Below, one piece after another: positions 57,519-64,000 of a stretch of DNA of 64,000 nt. The notes below the pieces were generated by a model. It made no database searches. It saw only the letters and a program-made list of their open reading frames with translations, and had not been told where the DNA came from. Every line of letters starts with the position of its first letter. The first letter of the stretch is position 1. Source of the DNA: an uncultured candidate division Zixibacteria bacterium (lineage in GTDB: Bacteria > Zixibacteria > MSB-5A5 > RBG-16-43-9); NCBI GenBank assembly GCA_963713865.1, contig OY970208.1:1920001-1984000 (forward strand). The letters are read 5' to 3'. The translations under genes were made by a program, and so were the position numbers.

Positions 57519-58796
57519 TTATCCGTTCTTAGGAAACAATACCGTTACCGTAGTCCCTTTCCCTAACTGGCTATCTATCTCTATTTCTCCTTTAAGTGCC
57601 TGCACTATCTTTTTTACCGTTGAAAGCCCCAGGCCAGTGCCTTTTTCTTTGGTGGTGAAAAATGGAGTGAAAAGCTTATTCTTTATCTCCTCAGTCATCC
57701 CGATGCCATTATCCTTAATCTTCAAGCTAACCATCTGTCCAGCAGACAGACCTGGAATTTTCCCCTCTGCATACATCGACTCAATACCTGCAAATATCTG
57801 GATTAACCCTCCTTCTGGCAATGCCTGGGAGGCATTATATAGAAGATTTAAAACTATCTGTTTGAACTTCTCACTATCCAGGAGACAGTTAACTCTTGTA
57901 TTGGTATAGAGCCGTTCAATTTTAATGTTATTTTTCCCCCTGGTAAGATCCATCTCAAAAAAGCTTACCACCTCATCTAAAAACCTGGCAAAATCTATGG
58001 GTCTTAAATCTAATTTTATGCTCCGGGTATAATCCAGGAGATTCATCACGATTCGATTTAAAATCTCCACTCCCTCCATAATTTTCTTTGCATATTTCCT
58101 TCTGGGATCATGTTCCTCGATATCGCGATAGAGTAAATCCGCAAAGCCTAAAATCCCATTTAAAGGATTCTTGACCTCATGGGCAACTGTAGCCGCCATC
58201 TCGCCTAAGGCGGCTAAAGTTCTTACCCTGGCTATTTCATCTTCCAGTTTTTTAATCTTGGAAAGATCAAAAAATACTTCCACCATACCTAAAAGGTTAT
58301 CCTCACCATCCTTCAAAAGAGAAGTTGAATAACCCAGGGGGATTTTGGTCTCAAATTTAGTAATGATCTCTTTCTCTTCATTCAAATGAGAGTTACCTGA
58401 TCTCATCGTATAAATTGGAGTAGATTGAAGAGCCACCCCTTTACCCATAACCTCTAAATATGGTCGATTTAAAACCTCTTCTGCTTTATATCCGGTGATC
58501 TCCTCTGCCGCTCGATTAAAAAGAGTTATCTTCTCCTCTAAATTTACCACTAATACTCCGGAAGTCAGGCTTTCCAAAATATTATTCAGGTAATTGGTAA
58601 CTTTTTCTTTTTCAACTAAACTTTCCCTGAGCTTGAGATTGGTCTGCTCTAATTCCAGGTTTAAATTTTCAAATTTCTCCTCTAAATCCTTGTAAGCCTG
58701 GTGAAGTTTCTGGATGATCTTGTTGAAAGAGGTATAGGAGTCAGCAAAAGCTCCTAACTCTTCCGGGGTGATTTTTCCTTTTTCTTCTTCTGCCAT
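57519..58796 (-). CDS. PAS histidine kinase (FlrB/FleS-like)
   Basis: N-terminal coiled coil (LGAFADSYTSFN...L..AY..LE), PAS, AHEVKNPL, DNGIG, FFTTK, GTGLGL. Confidence 0.93.
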   Translation of the reverse strand: MAEEEKGKITPEELGAFADSYTSFNKIIQKLHQAYKDLEEKFENLNLELEQTNLKLRESLVEKEKVTNYLNNILESLTSGVLVVNLEEKITLFNRAAEEITGYKAEEVLNRPYLEVMGKGVALQSTPIYTMRSGNSHLNEEKEIITKFETKIPLGYSTSLLKDGEDNLLGMVEVFFDLSKIKKLEDEIARVRTLAALGEMAATVAHEVKNPLNGILGFADLLYRDIEEHDPRRKYAKKIMEGVEILNRIVMNLLDYTRSIKLDLRPIDFARFLDEVVSFFEMDLTRGKNNIKIERLYTNTRVNCLLDSEKFKQIVLNLLYNASQALPEGGLIQIFAGIESMYAEGKIPGLSAGQMVSLKIKDNGIGMTEEIKNKLFTPFFTTKEKGTGLGLSTVKKIVQALKGEIEIDSQLGKGTTVTVLFPKNG

Positions 58797-58907
58797 TTAT
58801 ATTTCTACCATAGATAAATACTTTTTAAAATATAAATAAATTATAAAGGATTGCAACAGAAATCTTTAATCTTTATACTGTTATTAATGTTTTCACCAAA
58901 AACCAAT

Positions 58908-59237
58908 TCAGCTTAAATCTTCAACTATCTTTTCCAACTCTTTTTCTTTCTCTTGTAATAGATTTGCTTTGTCTCCTAATTCCCGGTGTAATGTCTTGAG
59001 TTGCTCGATTATCTGAGGGGTAGGTTTTTGAGAATTTGAAGGATTGTAATTAGAAATACTGCCCGTTATCTTCTGAATCAGTTTTACACTTTTAAGTTTT
59101 TTATTTACCAGCAGGTTGATGAGGTCATCCTCTATCTCTGGGGATTGAAGAGATGAGAGGAGTTTATCGGTGAGAGTTAAAACCTTATCGTATTCTTTCA
59201 AGAGTTTGTGATAAGAATAGAGGAGATTGGCGGTCAT
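58908..59237 (-). CDS. Helical hypothetical protein, FliT-like by size and position
   Basis: 109-aa helical protein upstream of the FlrBC-like pair; family call is inference. Confidence 0.4.
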   Translation of the reverse strand: MTANLLYSYHKLLKEYDKVLTLTDKLLSSLQSPEIEDDLINLLVNKKLKSVKLIQKITGSISNYNPSNSQKPTPQIIEQLKTLHRELGDKANLLQEKEKELEKIVEDLS

Positions 59238-59279
59238 ATTAAAAATTTTCTAGTAAATTGAAATAATTGAAGAATAACC

Positions 59280-59405
59280 TCAAAGCCTTTCTAAAAGCTC
59301 CCCTGTTTTAAGCTCGTATTCTTTATCGCTGATCAGTCCCTTCTCTTTTAATTCACCCGATTTTCTAATCTGCTCGATGATTACCGGGTCAACTGGTTTC
59401 TGTTC
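59280..59405 (-). pseudogene. Orphan SHOCT-domain fragment
   Basis: EQKPVDPVIIEQIRKSGELKEKGLISDKEYELKTGELLERL* with an in-frame stop immediately upstream. Confidence 0.5.
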
Positions 59406-59459
59406 TCAGGAATCCCTAACCCACTGGTAATCGGGATAACCCCCGAGCCAGGATTGAAT

Positions 59460-59927
59460 TTAAAAGGTTCCAGATTTCAAATTTCCTTTCTGGTAATTTT
59501 TTAATTCTTCCTCCAAATCTTTGATCTTGCCCTTCAACTCACCGATTTCATATTTCAACTGGTGCTCCTTTGAGACCCTGTCGATTGAGGATCTGAGCTC
59601 GTTCAGTTTGAACGGCTTGATCACGTAATCGCAGGCACCGCTTCTCAAAGCCTCAACTGCACTCTCTATGGTTGGATAACCAGTCATAATTATAGGTAAT
59701 ATTTCTGGGATTATTTTTTTCAGCTCTTTTAAAGTTTGAATTCCATCCAGACCCGGCATCTTCAAATCTATCAGCGCTATCTGCACTGGGGTAGTTTTAG
59801 CTATCTCCAGGGCTTTTTCACCTGATTCAGCTAATAAAACTTCGAACCCTTGTTTGCCCAGGAATTCTGACAGAAGCTCTCTTACAAAAAGCTCATCATC
59901 CACCACTAAGATCTTTTCCTGAACCAT
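59460..59927 (-). CDS. Response regulator with C-terminal coiled coil
   Basis: LVVDDE, DLKMPGLDG, MTGY, YVIKPF. Confidence 0.92.
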   Translation of the reverse strand: MVQEKILVVDDELFVRELLSEFLGKQGFEVLLAESGEKALEIAKTTPVQIALIDLKMPGLDGIQTLKELKKIIPEILPIIMTGYPTIESAVEALRSGACDYVIKPFKLNELRSSIDRVSKEHQLKYEIGELKGKIKDLEEELKNYQKGNLKSGTF

Positions 59928-60012
59928 CTATTCTCCTGATCTCTGTTGATAAACAATTTAAAATTTCTTCACCTTAAAAACAAGGGATTTCTTCGGATAT
60001 AACTCGTTAATC

Positions 60013-60039
60013 TTATCGGCATTTTGCCTTTTCTTATTA
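60013..60039 (-). promoter_or_regulatory. Sigma28-type promoter upstream of the response regulator
   Basis: TAAT-N15-GCCGATAA. Confidence 0.55.
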
Positions 60040-60090
60040 TTCGGGAAGGAAATAGTTGACAGATCAACCTGGATTTCTCCTAAAAGCAAA

Positions 60091-60119
60091 GATTCCCGGA
60101 AGTATTTTTCCCGGGAATC
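60091..60119 (-). terminator. Probable terminator after ctpA
   Basis: GATTCCCGG...CCGGGAATC stem followed by TTTGCTTTT. Confidence 0.6.
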
Positions 60120-60154
60120 CCGGTATCTTCATAACAACGCCGAGCTTATCTATC

Positions 60155-61879
60155 TTACCCCTTCAGTAGTTTACGGTATCCGGCTTTATCAGACAATATC
60201 TCTGCTGCTTTCTTCACTATCGGATCGGTTTTCAATAGTACCTCTTCGTAATAACCTTTTTCTCCATATAAACTGATCAGGATGTCTCTCTTGATAGCCT
60301 TTTTAATATAGTCTAAGCTATTAGTGAAATCGTTTTCCTTAGATTTTTGAATCACCTTTTTCAACTCCTGAAGTACAGGATCAAAAATATCCTTATCCTT
60401 CTGGGAATTTACATTCTTCTCTAATCCTTGCAAGGATAGCTCCACAGAGTTAAGGTAGGTAAAGTTTTTCTCTTCAAGAAATTTCTTAAATTCAGATAAC
60501 ATATTATCATCCACCTCAAAATCCTTAGGTAAGTCTTTATGTCGAGAGATATACCTTACTGCAAAATCAAAGAACATCTGCTGTCTTTCTAAATCGATCT
60601 CTATGGGCTGAAATTTCTCTTCCGGAATAACGATATCCGGAACAATTCCGCCGCCACCATACACTATCCGACCCCCATTGGTATGAAAGATCTCTGCCGG
60701 CTTGGGTTCGTTTTTGGAACTATCTGTATCTCCTTCTTCGGAAAATAAATCAGGATTTCTTTTAGATTTCTCTGGCTTCTGGATACACCTGTTGCTGGGA
60801 ATATAATATTTTGCGATGGTTAATTTGAGAAAAACATCATCCGGCATATTCAAAACCGTTTGCACCAGACCTTTCCCATAAGTGGTATCACCTATTATCA
60901 CTCCTCTATCCCAGTCCTGAATTGCACCGGCAACGATCTCTGAAGCAGAAGCAGTCTGTGCATCTACCAATACGACTAAAGGCTTATCTGGATAAAGGGC
61001 TTTTTCCTGGGATACATACTTAATTAGATCTTCCTGCTTTTTGCCCTGAGTATAGACAATTAGCTTTCCCTCATCTAAGAATAGATTTGAGGTTTCCACT
61101 CCCTCATTCAGAAGTCCTCCTCCATTAAATCGCAGATCAAATATCAATCCTTTGACATTCCGCTCATTCAGGTCGCGAATGGCTTCCTTCAACTCTGTCC
61201 CGGTTTCCTCTGAAAATCGGGAAAGCCTGACATAACCGATCCCATCTCCAAACATTCCATAATAGGGAACGTTCTTTAACTCAATCACCGCCCTTTCGAT
61301 TACATAATCTAAAGGCTCCTCAATCCCTTCCCTTTGTATTTTCATGGTAACTTTAGTCCCGGCTGGTCCTCTCATCAGATTGGAAGCTTCTTCAGAGCTC
61401 ATGCCATAAGTATCCTTACCTTCTATCTCGATTATTTTATCCCCTGCTCTCAAACCCATGCGGAAAGCAGGAGTCCCTTCCATAGGTGAAACTATAATGA
61501 TGTATTTATCTTTCCTCTCTATGGTCATTCCCAAACCTTCATACTTTCCATGGGTGAACTCTATCAATTGGTTATAGGTCTTCTTCTCTAACAGAGCCGA
61601 AAAAGGGTCCAAAAGCTCTAACATTCCTCTTATTCCAGCATACCCCAATTCCTTCGGATCGACTTCTTCCACATAACGATCATTAATGTTGTAAGCCGCC
61701 TGAGCCAGAAGTTTGCTGTATCTCATTATGGTATCTTTAGTCTGGGGCTGGGCTTGAAGAGTCTGTTCTCCGGTCTGCCCTAATCCAACAATCCAGATTA
61801 TGGCTACAGCAGCCAAGGCTAAGACTAAAGCTATGATTCCATATTTTTTCTCGCTTAACATAATACCTCCAAACATCAA
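60155..61879 (-). CDS. Carboxyl-terminal processing protease (S41)
   Basis: PDZ (GLGM), DLRFNGGG, ASASEIVAG, GKGLVQ. Confidence 0.94.
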   Translation of the reverse strand: MMFGGIMLSEKKYGIIALVLALAAVAIIWIVGLGQTGEQTLQAQPQTKDTIMRYSKLLAQAAYNINDRYVEEVDPKELGYAGIRGMLELLDPFSALLEKKTYNQLIEFTHGKYEGLGMTIERKDKYIIIVSPMEGTPAFRMGLRAGDKIIEIEGKDTYGMSSEEASNLMRGPAGTKVTMKIQREGIEEPLDYVIERAVIELKNVPYYGMFGDGIGYVRLSRFSEETGTELKEAIRDLNERNVKGLIFDLRFNGGGLLNEGVETSNLFLDEGKLIVYTQGKKQEDLIKYVSQEKALYPDKPLVVLVDAQTASASEIVAGAIQDWDRGVIIGDTTYGKGLVQTVLNMPDDVFLKLTIAKYYIPSNRCIQKPEKSKRNPDLFSEEGDTDSSKNEPKPAEIFHTNGGRIVYGGGGIVPDIVIPEEKFQPIEIDLERQQMFFDFAVRYISRHKDLPKDFEVDDNMLSEFKKFLEEKNFTYLNSVELSLQGLEKNVNSQKDKDIFDPVLQELKKVIQKSKENDFTNSLDYIKKAIKRDILISLYGEKGYYEEVLLKTDPIVKKAAEILSDKAGYRKLLKG

Positions 61880-62026
61880 AAGTTTAAAGCTAAATTGACA
61901 TCCTATCTCTGCTTAGAATTTAACAAATTATGCGCTTTTGTCAATATCAATATTTGAACAATTTGTTTTTTTAGCAGGCTAATCCCTAGTAAATTCTGAA
62001 TTTAATCCTGTGCAAAAATACTACAG

Positions 62027-64000
62027 TTAAACCAATACTTTTTTAAGAGAAGAAAGGTACAGGAAGACTAAGAGGACAAAATTTAAAAGGAAAAGGAGCC
62101 AGAGGCTCAAAGTTATACCTAAAAGGGGGATTAAAATTACAGATGTTAGGATAGCGCTCAAGCCTGATCCAAAAAGGTCTATGGCATAGCCGGTCCCAGC
62201 TATTTTTATCCCTTTTTTATGAATATAAAACTGATTTGCGCAGGTAAACTCCGCTCCCCCAATGAAACCTGAGAAAACGATCACCCCACCCAAAATAATT
62301 TCTAATAATTCAGGGCTCAGCCAGGATCTGAGAAAACTGGATATAAGACTCAACAGAAAAAGGAACAAGATAACCTGTAGAACTTGTAACCGTCTTAAAC
62401 TTCCAAAACTTACCTCTTCTTTTTTTCTGGCTATAAAGAAAGCTCCGGAAAAAAGACCCAACATAAAAAGAGTTAGGAAAATTCCGACTTTTGAATAGAT
62501 ATAGCCATATAATACCTGATAGATTAAAAGAATAGAGATCTCCAGGGTTATGCTGGAAAACCCTGCTAAAAATATGGTGTATAAGGAGAGATGGGTTAAA
62601 CTATTTTTTGTATTGAAAAATAAAAACGCCAGCGAAATAGATATAATAAATCCTGAAAGAAAATACCAGACTGGACTAACTTTAGATAAATAGATAAATA
62701 CAGGCTTCTCAAAAGATTTAAGCTGAGTACTCCATAAGACTGTATTATAAAAGTAAGAAATTGGCTTCAGGTCATAATTTTTCTCCCCTTGATAAGAACC
62801 AATAGTTTTGAAAAGGTATTCTATCCTTTCTTTTGAAAGGCGATTCTTTAAAAAATGCTCATTTATATAAGTAGTCTCAATGTTTTTCTTTTTTAGATTC
62901 TCTTCTATTTTCATCCAGTCATCAGTTAAATTTTGTCTGTCGCTGGCCAAGAAGATGTTATTCGAACCGGGTAGAACAATTACCGATTTAAATACGGACG
63001 ACAGCGTGCGATAGAAGCTGGAGATATAAAGGGTTTGCTCCGGGTTAAGATAGTTTTCAGCAGAAGTTATGCGGAAACTAAAGATTCCATACGGAGTCAT
63101 AATTTTCTTCACAAGATTGAAAAATTCTTCAGTATAGAAACGGTTAAGCTGAGCATTATATGGATCAGGCAGGTTCAGGATAACCAGATCATATTTTTCC
63201 TCTCTCTTCCCGCTTTTTTCTCTGACGAAAAGCCTGCCGTCTTTATGAATGATCTTTACTCTTTCATCCATAATAGAGTTAACTTCAGATACCGGAAGAA
63301 AACTTTTACCCAACTCAACTATCTCTGGATCAAGTTCTACATAATCTATTTTCAGGCTTTTGTATTTCAATGCCTGGGTAAGGGTACCACCCACCCCCCC
63401 CCCGATCAAAAGTAATTTTTTCGGTTCAGGATGTTCTGCTATAGCATATAAGACAGCTTCTTCAGCTGAATACTCATCGGGATAGGAGAACAAAAGAAGT
63501 CCATTTTCATAAAAGCTGATCTGCTCTCCTGCTTTGAGAACAGCTAAATTGCCATATATTGAATCTACTGATTTTACAAGCGGAAAATCCCTCCATAGTC
63601 TGTTCAGGGATTTATCATTCAGATAACCGTCAAGTTTACCAATTTTGAAGCCTAAAATTCCTAATAATATTAAGAAGAATATTAACTTTCTTTTGACGGA
63701 ATTTTTTATGAGTAAAATAGAGTACAAAAGCAAAGTTATAGACAACCAGCTCTGCACAGAGAGATTTGATAAATTAGGAATCAAAATTAGACTGCCTAAA
63801 AGACCACCTAAGCCAGCTCCAAAAGATTCCCAGAGATAAACTCTGGTTACCAGAATATTTTGTCTGGATTCAAAAAGCCAGAGAGTGGAGTTTAAGACAA
63901 AGAGTATCCCTAAAACCAGAACAAAGTGGGCACAAAACAAAGAAAGTGAACAGGAGCATAGGTAAAAATCCGATAATCTCACCGGGAAGGGTATTCAGAA
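62027..64000 (-). CDS. Multi-TM fused spermidine-synthase-like protein (starts beyond the window; extra base at 63916-63922)
   Basis: LLIGGG, VELDP, DGR, LPDP...NRFYTEEF; upstream frame LNTLPGEIIGFLPMLLFTFFVLCPLC joins LVLGILF after removing one T. Confidence 0.85.

Noticed and set aside
597-63839. All plus-strand ORFs in the track
   Set aside because: They are short, mostly antisense to well-supported minus-strand genes or within repeats, and show no recognisable motifs.

Overview
AT-rich bacterial chromosomal segment in which every credible gene lies on the minus strand. The gene content and style suggest an uncultured FCB-type lineage such as Zixibacteria; this is an inference. The housekeeping backbone is leuS, asnS, pnp-rpsO-ribF-truB-nrnA-rbfA-infB-nusA-rimP, proS, HU, sppA, an MltD-like transglycosylase, miaA, mutL, folD, ymdB, rny, zapA/B, pheST, rplT-rpmI-infC-thrS, ctpA, tRNA-Arg(CCG) and tRNA-Val(GAC). 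Three accessory regions stand out. (1) A type II restriction-modification pair sits between asnS and leuS. (2) A folD-mutL island (about 25.9-32.6 kb) is made of cassettes bracketed by REP-like repeats. It includes a DGQHR-like + HEPN pair and a three-gene operon: SAM-methyltransferase::YbaK fusion, DUF5753-like protein, second YbaK. (3) A 'ghost' flagellar locus (about 44-60 kb) keeps the regulators and chaperones (FliA, FlgM, FlgN, CsrA, FliW, an FlrBC-like pair, FliT-like, HDOD) and intact-looking sigma54/sigma28 promoters but has no structural flagellar genes. The two sigma54 promoters now point at a 46-aa peptide and at a structured GGA-loop RNA. Six genes carry single-base frameshifts. 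Four of them are the same GTCTGG>GTTCTGG event, which points to motif-specific sequencing error rather than pseudogenisation.
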